A DNA stretch of 62,749 nucleotides, the filler included, from Diploschistes diacapsis (taxonomy: Eukaryota), in the NCBI GenBank assembly GCA_023645945.1. It is 30 parts of 30 records of this genome, joined end to end, with 100 filler letters (N's around TTAATTAATTAA, not from the genome) between each part and the next. Parts side by side here need not be neighbours in the genome. Positions count along the whole stretch, not along the records: positions 10,169 to 30,936 come from JALAIB010000326.1; 29 more parts are not named here. One strand, given 5' to 3'. This document shows, in pieces, positions 11,953 to 23,150 of the stretch. Each line of letters begins with the position of its first letter. Positions within the stretch are counted from its first letter, which is position 1. A program made the translations under genes and the position numbers. Under the pieces are notes generated by a model, which did no database searches, was not told the origin of the DNA, and saw only the letters and a list, made by a program, of their open reading frames with translations.

Positions 11953-13925
11953 AAATTTGCATATTCATAACTGGTTTCTCCCGCTCTCTGGTATGGGTAT
12001 TTTGCTGCATCTCGGAAACACTAACCTATGGAAAATGTACGATAGATCCTTAACGTTGTCTGGCCTGCTACTCGGGCCTCCCTTCTGGCATTTTGCTTTT
12101 CAGAGGCTAACTCCAGTTCTACTCAAGCCAATTCTCTGATGGAGCTGTAAAGTAAGGAGAAGAGCTAGTCTGATGATAAGGCCGCATGGTGCATTTCAGG
12201 ATTGCTTAGGTCTCCGTCCTAGCGAATTGTCCCTCTGGGTCCATCTTTAACCTCCGTTCACTCAATAAGTGCCAGTGACCAAGGGAGCACCACAAACCGG
12301 AAACACTCTGTCTTATTCAATAGGCTCAAGGTGCTTTACGGTAGTCCTTTCAACAAGCTGCGGTGAAGACGTTGCCAAAGCGTCATACTTCTTCGTTCGC
12401 ATCATGGGTCTACTCTGGCAACAAGTTATGCGACAAACCGGAAAAGCAAAGGACTGTGCCCTATGCACCTCTTGACACTCTCAAGACTTCGGACGGAAAC
12501 CTTAGTGCTCGAAAAGCTCCAATTGTGGTTGAGATATCGAACAGCGGTCCAAGGAGAACATGTTGCAATACGCTAATCAGGCTCACTAAGCTTTACCCAT
12601 CTCGAGTCACCTCGAAACCGTCCTCGCAATGACTAGAATTACTAGGATACTTAGCTGCAACCTTCGAAAAAGAAGGCTTTTATGTGCTATCGTGAAATCG
12701 ACACCCCCACCACCAATAGATTGTGTTGGGCCATGCTGTTGCTTGCTGGATGCCTTCTGAGATCCGGTTCAGACCCCTAGACCAGTGATGATGCTTTCCA
12801 TACTGTGGCCTTTGTAGCATTTCAGCCGAGCACAGCTTCACCGCGGACCTCCCTTCAGCCATATAGGTAGGTGGTCAATGACTCGGAATATGCGTCTTAC
12901 AGATCGTGCCGTTCTGTGACGGACGTATGTCTCTACGTTTGATAGGAAGCTACCTAACAAGGTGCCTTGCTAGAGCGTCTCAGAAGGCACAGGGTCTGTA
13001 ACGATCTGAGGACCAGTAGTGACCTGCACCCCTACAGCGATATACCTAGCTTCATGCAACTCCTAAAGGCAATTGCTCGTTTCACCACGGCAGGTTACAG
13101 ATAAACTTGTCACACAGAAGCTTGTGTCGGACCCTTGCATTTTCAAGGTCGGTCAGGTCAGCCGTGAAATGAAACTAGCTGGTAGGCTGTTGTTACTAGG
13201 CTGCTAAGAATCAGTCAAAGCTCAAAGGAATTCGAATCACCTGCTCAACAGAGTTTAGTGTGGCATGGGTTTCGTACAGGTAATTGAGAGATTGAGTGAT
13301 TGAGATGCTCATGGTGTCCCGTCAGCCACAGAATACATCCTCCTGGTCAATTGGAGATACAAGTAACATCACCACCAATACCACCACCACCAACACCACT
13401 GCCGCCCTTTAATGCTCCATCATGCAGGCATGGTTGGAATAGAAACGAAATGGGATGTACCGGCAACCTTGCTATTCTATTACGCATTAAGGGCCCATCA
13501 GGGCGGGGCAGGTGCCTACTACTACTACTACTCCTAGAGGAGCTACCTTGTTGTCTACAGTTATATTAATCAGCCGTTAGGTCTGATGAAAATCCCCTTA
13601 CAGAGAGTTGTTCGTCTGTCTGTCGTATTTACTAGAGTAGGTAGGCGCTATTGGCAGCTTCAACGGCAGACAGTGGAGAAAAATGTCTTTGGGATTTGCA
13701 CTACCTATGAACTCGAGCCTTCTTCCTGGTTATATAGTGCGATAGACCGATAGACCGATGCGCAGCGATTGCTTTGCGCTTCGCTCATTACAACTCCAAG
13801 TTTTGCATCCGTCTCTAAGACTCGAAGAGCCCACACTTTAATCGAAGCAGTCAGAACACGACCCGAGCAAAGAGCAGCTGTGTCGTGCGTTGGATGTTGT
13901 AGTCGGAGCGCGTTGCTTACCAGTC

Positions 13926-16254
13926 ATGAGTGGCTTCTACCATTCCCATGATCCCCAGCAACAGTATCCACATGTTCTCCAAGATCCGCTGGAGCTACCC
14001 GAGGGCCTCGATCAACCGCCATCACATTTTTATCATCCTGGAGGGCCTGCCGAGGGCCCACAGGCGCTTTCTGCTACCAACGTCCCGCATTCCTTCGATC
14101 CAGGACCAGCCGGAGTCCCTACGTCTAAATCGAGACCTGCTCCGCAAACTCGCCGACGCCGTCCGCTTGGAAGCGATCACGTGAAGCATCGGAGGACTCG
14201 AACCGGTTGTTGTACTTGTCGGCAGAGAAGGGTGAAGGTGAGTTTCAAGACGCCGCCTCGCGTAGGGACTTCAAGGCTCACCAGGCCGTGACCTCAGTGT
14301 GATGAGGCGCACCCGATATGCGACAGTGGGTGGCTGCTTTCCGCTAGGGGTCTGAAATGCAAACTGACAGGACTCCTTCACAATAGGATGTAAGAAGGGC
14401 TCTAGGGAATGTACATGGCCTGATCCGCCGTCTGGAATTATTTCAGGCTCGTCTTCCAAATCCGCTCAACAAAAGAGAACAGGGCTAGAAAGTGGGTCGT
14501 CTTCCGACGAATCTGAAGAGGAAGAGATAGATCCCTCAAGCGAGGGCTATGCCGAGAACGCTGGCTCAAGAATCGTGAAGGACGTATCATCCTCGTTCGA
14601 GCCGAAGGGTGTTTCCATGAAGCACGGCAAGCATTCGCTGTACCAAAAGCGCATCGGAAGACCGCTCGGTGGACAGTCGAAAGGAAAGAGCCTGTCACCC
14701 TCCATCGACGAGTCGAGATCGCAAGGCGAAGCTTCCGTCTTCTCTTCTGGGAAGCTCTCGACCACACCATCAAGCACCTTGCAGGACGGTTTCTCGTTTT
14801 CCCGCCTCAAGTCTGACCAACAATTTTACCTTAATTACCACAGGCAATTCATCAACTATGGTCATTACTTCTTCAAGCATGATCCATCTGGCTTCTTACA
14901 GAATGAATTGATCAGGGCAGCGCTGGCCTACGATCCTCTTCTGTATGCTCTTGTTGGGTTCTCTGCATTCCACTTTGCTCTTGCTCAGGGTAATGGTAAG
15001 CTCACCGACTTCCTGGGCTACTACAACAAATCCATGTCTCTTCTGCGAAAGGAGTTGCAGTCCAGTCGAGAGCCAACAGAATCGACAATATTTACCATCT
15101 TGCTTTTAGCCACCTTTGAGGTAAGCTCAGGCAACGCGGTGCATTATCCGCACCCGCTGACCCCTGAACAGGAGTATCTCGGGGATTGGGTGAACCTTAC
15201 GGGCCACCAAAAAGCTGCCTACGAGATAATCAAAAAGCTTTACACTCCGGACACAATTGTCAAATCGGAAATACACTGGAGAATCCTCATTTGGTATGGC
15301 CGCTTTGACCTTTTCGTTGGACCTATGGCGGGCGAGAATATAGTCTTGAGCAGGGAACTGTTCTACGTCCACGAGAAGCATCCCAAGGATCTATCGGACA
15401 GCAAACCCAATGACATTAGTATCAAGATAGAAAGCTTGTACGCCCATCAACGCGTTCTAGTTTGTGCATGGGCCCAGCTCCTCGCGAAAGTCTCGAAGGG
15501 GGAGATATCAATACCTGACTTTTACCGAGAGAGCGAAGCCTTCCTGCAAAAGATCGCCGCCTGGAAAGCGCAGATAGACGAATTCCGTTCCTTCAGCGAC
15601 TGTTTTGTCATGGATTTTGATGGAGCGCCACCAATAGAACCCGATGGCATTGTCAACCCGTACATCCCAGGCCGTATTTTCAAGGACGCGTTGTACGTTG
15701 TGAACTATCTGATGATAGATTGCATAACCATGGAAATTTCCCACAAATATCAATCTTCACTCATACTCCAACAATCGCTGCCACCAGAAATCCTCGATCT
15801 GTCTTTGGAATTATGCCAACTTTTCGAAGCAATCGAGCTATGGCCTGGAAGCCCTCGAGGAGCGATACTGCCCCTGCAAGCTAGCTTGGGTCTGAACTGC
15901 CTGGTCTTGCCCCGGGAGGGGAAATATATATCCTGGTGTAAAAAGAAGCTCGTGAAGATGGAGAACTTGGGGTATGTCTATCGCAAAACGCCATTCACTC
16001 TTCCCCTTTGATATCTTTACTAAGATATTGTGATACCCAGTTATATCTATCCCCCTTCGGTGAGATCCAAATTAGTCGAACAATGGGGCATTCCATCCAT
16101 GAATCAATGGTGGCTACCAAACGGCGAGGGCCAACTTCCTCTCATCCGTTCTTTGAGGACCTTCATCGAAGAGCGTACGACCAAGCCGCAAACTCAAGCC
16201 AATGGATATCCGAGCCATGAAAGCCATACTTTCAGGGGTCAGTCTGGACGATAG
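13926..16254 (+). CDS. Zn(II)2Cys6 fungal transcription factor with fungal-specific TF middle domain; exons 13926-14237, 14298-14325, 14387-15120, 15172-15971, 16041-16254 (C-terminus ambiguous, see findings)
   Basis: The spliced zinc cluster reads RTRTGCCTCRQRRVK|CDEAHPICDR|CKKGSREC. Four GT-AG introns keep the frame. Conserved blocks include LLYALVGFSAFH, LATFEEYLGDWVNL and WYGRFD. Confidence 0.9.
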
Positions 16255-18841
16255 TCCGAGAAGGAGAGTCCGGAAAGCACAAGCAGCGCATATGAGAGCA
16301 TTGCGACACCGATTACTGGAAATATACCAATTTACCTGGAGTTCGAGAACAGTCAGTCGTATCCTAGGCGCGATAAGATGCAAGGGCCCGAAACTGGATC
16401 AGAGCAATCTCTTTTGGATCAGCACGTCGCGCGCTGGGGTATACCAGTAGATCAAGCGGGAGGATCTTGGAATCAATAGCGATGACACGAGCAGGTAGCT
16501 CTCCAAAGATAATCTTCATTCAACTCAACACATGTCGTGACTAACAAGTTTGGCATGAATGATTGAAGTGGCCACTAGCCAACTTTAGGCGTCATCACTA
16601 AATCTGAAAGGGATACTTGAAGCCATTCAGCATCCTCTTCGGCTAACACAAATCTGGAGAGATTCCAGGCATTTTGAGCATCTTGGACGAGCAGGTCGAT
16701 TCTTCGTCCTCTCTGAACTAAAGAATGTGATCAAGCACAAACGCAACTGGAGCAGTGGGAGCAGCAACTAGGGTTTTCTGCCGTCGCTATTGCTTTACGG
16801 ATACAAACATTCCTCGAACTTTGAGACGAACGTTTACAGGCTCAAATAAACGAGGCTTGGCTCTGCACGCATTGTAATCGTCAGAAACGTTATTGGCCGA
16901 GTTTCTGGACCTGTAATAACAATCACGATTTGACGATGATTTGATTTTACTATAACTCTCTCGATGAAACACGATCAGGATTCCAACGTATAACTAGAAC
17001 ATTAAACAACACATGCGAGGTGCATGTTTTTTGTCATGGTTCGTGGCAGCTCTAGGCCGCATTACCTTAGTACTATGACTTCAAACGAGAGCTTACGAGC
17101 AACTGTCCACAATGAGGATGCCGAGCCATACGGATTACTATTTACAGGGGAAAGAAAGATATTCTACGTCTCTCCAAGCTGCTATTGCACGCTGCCTGTC
17201 TTGCTTTCCACAATCCTGTCCCAGCAGCTCCTCCCTGTGTCAATCGACGGCCAGTGGCACCATTGTAGCAGTGACTCCCATCAGCAGCAAAAACGTGAGC
17301 GTTAGATTCCCATTAATTAATGCACACATCATGCACCAAAAAGGCATTTCCCTTTCCCAGGACCGCAACAGAAATGGGAGGCAAAAAGAACCACCAAAAA
17401 AAAGAAAAGAAGAAGAAAGCGCATCTGGCTCGTCGTCCCTTTCACGCACACACACCCAGACCCGGCATTATCACAATCGTTCACGCCCCTAGAGTTCATA
17501 AAAGACGCCTGCTGCTGCGATACTTACTCAGCCACATACTCTCTCTCCCACTGCACCGCGTCCCTCCCCCCACCGGACGGGGAAAAAAGGGGTGCCGAAC
17601 ATGTAGTTTCAGTGTCGTTCTAGGGGAGCTCATCATGGCTGGCTGGCTGGCTTCGGGCCACGCGGCTGTTTGGGCCCGCCGTTGCTCGGACAAACGTTCG
17701 CGTGCCTGCGTGCGTGCGTACAGCAGGCGTGTTCGTGGCCCCGGTCATTGCGGTTCCCCGCGAGCTGTCCCGTCGCCGATGTTTTGAACCGCCCCCGGCC
17801 ATTCGTGTGGGAGGGGCTAGCATGGCGGTCCCCCGTGCTGTATTCTTGGGGGCGGCTGCGGGGTTTGTCCGCAGGTATCTGTGGAAAGTAAATTTGGGGC
17901 GACTCAACGCCGGGGTGCGGATCCGGTTACCGGTTTGGGCTGGAGGCTGGTGGTGCCTGGGGTGGTTTTTTTTTCCGTCGTCGTGGCCGCGGTTGGGGCG
18001 GAGGGACGGCCTGGAAGAAGTTGGTACCAGCCGGGCTGGCAGCGGGACTTGGCTGTAGCGGGCGTTTATCATTAACGAGCTTCGAGTTTCGGGTTCTGCG
18101 GCGGGGTTGGATATAGGGGCATGTTTACACTGACCGTATAAACTTTGCTGCGCGGGCTGCGAAGCGGAGCAGTAGCAGGCCTACAACTACGGACGGGGGG
18201 GGCGGGGATTCTCCAACAGCCCAACGGCCGATGGTTTGAGGTCTTCTTTCTTCATCCCAGTTTCATAACCCCCCCCCGTGTATCCAAAACCGGCTCAAAG
18301 AAGCACGGCGGAACGACGAAGGTGAACACGCTGCTCAAGGCAGCGGGAAGAACAGACGGTGTCGAAGGGAAGCACCAACAGCAAGTCCCGGGGGCAACAG
18401 CGAGGGCGATGAGAAGGTCAACAACACGGCGCCCGCCCGGGAACAGAGAGATCAATCAATGCATCTGAAGGAACGAGTATTTGACAGCCAGACTTGGCGG
18501 CCTCCAGTAGGCTACTGCTGCTTTATCCTATAGTCTTCCTGCAGCAGAGATGGTACCAAGATGTGGGCTTCCCCCGTCCTGTTCTTCCCAGCGCGAGTAA
18601 AGCAATACATATACATACCTGCGGCTGTTGAGGACCGCGTGCGGGAATAAAATGGAGTTGTAGGCAAGTTACGTTCAGACTGTTGCGTACCTCGAGATAG
18701 AGACAAGCGCCGCCCCTAACGGGGGGCCCCAGACTATGTTGTTCTGACAAGTTCTATTCGCTATTTATTCCCAATGCGGGTAAGCGGCATACCTACTAGG
18801 CGATACTGTATCATCGCAGAGCACTCCAAGGCTCCAGTCCT

Positions 18842-19690
18842 TCAGTGCACCCGCGCCAAAATCCCAAGCTGCTCAACCACCGCCTCGGGCTTCTCCAGCG
18901 GAACCAGGTGCCCGCAATCTTCCAGCCTCGTAAGCGCAACATCGAACCCATATTCCCGCAAACGAGCAACAGTCTCCCCCTCCACCCTCTCGAGCGTCTC
19001 CACCCTATCGCACACCCCAGCCAGCACCCGCACGGGAAACGTGCGCCGCTCCGCGCCCGCGCCCTCCAAAAGCTCCGCCAGCGACTCCGCCATGCCGATC
19101 TCGATCCACCCCTTCTTCGCGCCGGGGCTCATTGCCACGCAGTTCGCCGCTAGCTGCGCCATCGCGTCGTCGTCCAGTTTGCTGTGCGCCAGCACGTTCT
19201 CGATGGTCCAGCGCGCGCTGTCGACGCTGTCGTACGCGGTCAGCTGGCCCTTGCGCACGTCGGGCGGCAGCACCAGCGGGCCTGGCGGCGCGGGGCCGAG
19301 GAGCAGCAGCGAGTGCACGCGGATGCCGGCGTCTGGGGGCAGCGTGCTGGCGAGGCGGAGCGCGACTTTGGCGGACATGCTGTGGGCGCAGATTGTGAGG
19401 CTTGATGTGTCTGCGAGCTGGTTGAGCTCGGGACTTTGTAGGAACCGCAGGAGATCGTTGGTTAGCGCTTGGATGGAGTGGCGGGCCGCGTCGTCGTCGG
19501 AGGGATCCGCGGCGGAGGCGTTGCCGGTTCCGTGGTAGCTGATGGCGATACTGGCGTTGTGGGGGTATTTTGCGACTAGGCTGTGCTGGACTACGGAATA
19601 GGTGGAGGCAGAGCCCCCCCAGAAGGGGAGTAGGAGGAATGTTGAGTGCTGGGATTTGGGCTCGGGAGGCTCGTAGATCTCAGCGCTCAT
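18842..19690 (-). CDS. Intronless alpha/beta-fold hydrolase (~282 aa)
   Basis: FWGGS oxyanion-region motif, nucleophile elbow AHSMS, acid residue in GVCDRVE, His motif CGHLVPLEKP. The ATG at 19690 (MSAEIYEP) is the most plausible start. Confidence 0.85.
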   Translation of the reverse strand: MSAEIYEPPEPKSQHSTFLLLPFWGGSASTYSVVQHSLVAKYPHNASIAISYHGTGNASAADPSDDDAARHSIQALTNDLLRFLQSPELNQLADTSSLTICAHSMSAKVALRLASTLPPDAGIRVHSLLLLGPAPPGPLVLPPDVRKGQLTAYDSVDSARWTIENVLAHSKLDDDAMAQLAANCVAMSPGAKKGWIEIGMAESLAELLEGAGAERRTFPVRVLAGVCDRVETLERVEGETVARLREYGFDVALTRLEDCGHLVPLEKPEAVVEQLGILARVH

Positions 19691-20751
19691 AGCTGTGCGG
19701 GATCCCTCGGCCTCTGGCAGAAGTACCGTTCTGAATCTCGAATCAACCATGATTGAATGTTGGTCTGCTGAAACGGAAAACAAATTGGCGGCGTGGCAAT
19801 TATATAGTCGAGACGTCAAAGTTGTTGGACTCGTCAGCTAGGAGGAAAGCCGACACTACCACTATAGAACTTCCAAATACGGCACTATCTAGCGGTGGGG
19901 ACCAACCCGCCATATCCCAATATAGTGGGTTCAGTAGTCATATTCGAAGTGTTTGCCATTTTTAGATGTTTCATCTCCAAAGCCACATTAGAAGCATATA
20001 ATCGACCTTGTATTAGCTGCGGTACATCCGCGGTGTTATATGCGGAGGAGGACCTGGAGCAAGTATTTCCAATCTTTCTGAAAATCATTTGAAGCAGTAT
20101 TTAGAGCCACATCTGGAATTCTTGAAGGATCATAGGAAAGCTTTTTGGATAGCCTCTGGAACAGGAGCAGAAACGGTATCTCGAGTGTATCTTGGACAGT
20201 ATCTGAGATGGGAGCAAAATAAGGACGGCGGGAGACTTTGATGGCCTGATACTGCTGAGATGATAACACAGATCTGCGATGACAGTATGGATTGAGGTGA
20301 CTGTTGCCTATCGCGTGAAATACAATTTTGCTGCATCATGGGGGACTCCATCATTTCCACCTGGCTAGAGTTGTTATGTTAATAGTTCTCTAGAGCTGCT
20401 TTGATTTCGGCGTTCATAATCCATACATGCACAGGTCGTATTGCTGATCAAGTAGCTAACATAGAGAACCGAAGGTATTTTCTTCAAAGAGCTCAATTTG
20501 TATACCTTATTCGATTTATCCTTGGCCCTGTTGCCCCAAGCTAGATCTTCTGATACCGTGGTTTCTGGAAGCCTTGTAGTAGAGTGGCCTGCGGTAATGG
20601 GACGACGGATCGATGGAAACCAGATGAAGATAGTGGGTGGGTAAACAGGTTAATTGTGATAATGTTGCAGGGACTTGGTACCACGGCTGGCAGACTTCTA
20701 TTTCGGAAAAAGCACCAAAGTCTTCCATGACGCGCGCACCTCCCACCTCAC

Positions 20752-20758
20752 CCAATCA
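20752..20758 (+). promoter_or_regulatory. CCAAT box upstream of the complex I gene
   Basis: CCAATCA lies ~80 bp before the ATG. CCAAT-binding (Hap/CBC) complexes regulate fungal respiratory genes. The motif is short. Confidence 0.35.
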
Positions 20759-20833
20759 AAACCACCCCAAACCATCTACATCCTCAAGACCTCACTGCCT
20801 CTTTCGCACCTATCTCTATCTCTAAACATCACC

Positions 20834-22504
20834 ATGATTACCAGACACACCCCCTCATCTCAACTTGTCAACTCAATCTCTTCAAGAACCGTTACCTCGG
20901 TCGCCCGCTGTGCGCCTTATGCCTTGAGTGCACCGCAAAGCCGTGGGTTGGCCACTCCAGCAGATGTCCCGCCACCAAAGAGAACAAAATTCGGAGGACT
21001 AAAGGATCAGGATAGAATATTCCAGAATCTATACGGACATCATGGAGCGGACTTGCAGAGTGCAATGAAGTATGGCGATTGGTACAAGACCAAAGAAATC
21101 ATCCAAAAGGGCGATGACTGGGTGCGCATACATTCTGTGCATATGCATTCATTTGGTTGACTGGCCTAGATCATCAGCGAGGTGAAGGCGTCCGGTCTTC
21201 GAGGTCGAGGAGGTGCAGGCTTCCCTTCGGGGCTGAAATGGGTATGTTGAAGTCCCCAACAGCACCTCGCCACTGGCCCGCTGACTTTCTTAGTCGTTTA
21301 TGAACCCCAAAGGCTGGGAAAAAGATAAGAAGCCGCGATATCTCGTCGTCAATGCCGATGAAGGGGAGCCGGGAACATGCAAAGATAGGGAAATTATGAG
21401 AAAGGACCCCCACAAGCTGGTGGAGGGCTGCCTCGTTGCTGGTCGTGCCATGAACGCCACGGCTGCGTACATCTACATCCGTGGCGAGTTCTACCACGAA
21501 GCGACCGTTCTTCAGCGTGCCATTCAAGAAGCATACAAGGCAGGACTCATTGGAAAGAATGCCTGCGGTAGCGGCTACGACTTTGATGTCTATTTGCACC
21601 GAGGCATGGGCGCCTATGTCTGCGGAGAAGAGACGTCTTTGATTGAATCGCTCGAAGGCAAGCCAGGAAAACCTCGTCTGAAGCCGCCGTTCCCAGCCGC
21701 CGTTGGCCTATTCGGTTGCCCATCGACGGTTGCCAATGTCGAGACAGTGGCTGTGGCTCCCACCATCTGCCGCCGAGGAGGGAGCTGGTTCAGTCAGTTC
21801 GGGCGGGAGAGGAATGCGGGTACAAAGCTCTTCTGCATTTCTGGTCATGTGAACAACCCATGTACCGTCGAAGAAGAGATGAGCATTCCACTACGCGAGC
21901 TTATTGAGAAACACTGCGGTGGCGTACGAGGCGGTTGGGACAACCTTCTTGCCATCATCCCTGGTGGATCCTCTACGCCGATACTACCGAAAAAAATGTG
22001 CGATGAGCAACTGATGGATTTCGATGCGCTCAAAGATAGCCAGTCTGGCCTCGGAACGGCAGCCGTCATCGTCATGGATAAGAGCACCGATGTTGTTCGA
22101 GCCATTTCGAGACTGTCTAAATTCTACAGGCACGAAAGCTGCGGTCAGTGCACACCCTGCCGAGAGGGATCCAAGTGGACAGAGCAAATTATGCAACGGT
22201 TTGAGAAAGGGCAAGGCAGACCGCGAGAGATTGACATGTTACAAGAGCTTACGAAACAGGTGGAGGGACACACTATCTGCGGTATGGTCTCGTCATGTTG
22301 ATTCCCCTTTTGCCTATGTACTGACTGATCCCAGCTCTGGGCGAGGCTTTCGCATGGCCATTGCAAGGCCTCATTCGACACTTCCGACCGGAGCTCGAAG
22401 CTCGCATCCAAGGCCATGCCGAGAGGATTGGAGGCACGTCATTCGCTGGTGGATGGGCTCCAGACGCCCAGAAGGCGGGGAGGCTGATCTCACCTGGCCA
22501 ATGA
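20834..22504 (+). CDS. nuo51: NADH:ubiquinone oxidoreductase 51-kDa flavoprotein subunit (NDUFV1/NuoF); exons 20834-21121, 21170-21241, 21294-22281, 22335-22504
   Basis: Mitochondrial-type presequence; [44 protein letters not shown]; 4Fe-4S motif [12 protein letters not shown]...TICALG. Three canonical introns. Confidence 0.97.
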
Positions 22505-22529
22505 GCGGGCCAGACTGTCTTTTTCAAAC

Positions 22530-22537
22530 TGTACATA
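22530..22537 (+). promoter_or_regulatory. Puf3-type element (UGUACAUA) in the nuo51 3' UTR
   Basis: Exact UGUAHAUA 26 nt after the stop codon. Confidence 0.5.
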
Positions 22538-23150
22538 TGGGTTGTAGTAGGCAAGGCACAGCATTGTTGCTTTTTTTTGGAATTTCAGCGTATGCTTTGA
22601 GCAAAGGCCTCCATTGTATGATGATGTATGCACTACTTCTTCCACACTGACTTTGCGGTACAATCTTTTTCTACTTAGTAGATTGGGGCGCTGGTGGAGA
22701 TCCAAGCACGTGGTGAAATGTTGCGCTGAGAAGCTCTCGGGTGGAATACATGGTGGTGGTGGTGGTGTCATCTCTCGACCCTCTTGCCCTACAAATTTTT
22801 TTGAACGTCCATCCGCAAAAAGAAAACTACAGTTTCATAGAAAGCATGTAAGGGATTGACATCGCGATCAATTAGAACCATCACTGCTACAACGAGCCGA
22901 GCAAAGTACCCTCAATGGTCAACTGTGCGCTAGACCAATGCAAACTTCTCATGGTGCCCAATGCACGAATCCACGATGACGGGATCTGCATCTAGCTCTG
23001 GCTCATCCTGGCACGATAGGTTGACCTTCGTGAGGGAAAGCAAGGACTATGTATAAGAAGCTGGTCTCTACTTCTCCTAGCAACTCTCTCTTATCCTTCC
23101 CTTCCTTGTTCCTCAAATTTTGGCTTCACGTTCGACGGTAACCTATCACC

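Noticed and set aside
17112..18468. Overlapping 60-155 aa ORFs in the GC-rich intergenic region
   Set aside because: They are Arg/Pro/Gly-rich, occur on both strands and have no recognisable motifs, as expected by chance at high GC.
16480..18840. Telomerase RNA in the gap between convergent genes
   Set aside because: The size fits, but I found no TAACCCTAA-type template on either strand; only partial matches occur (CCCTAAC near 18714, CTAGGGTT near 16768).
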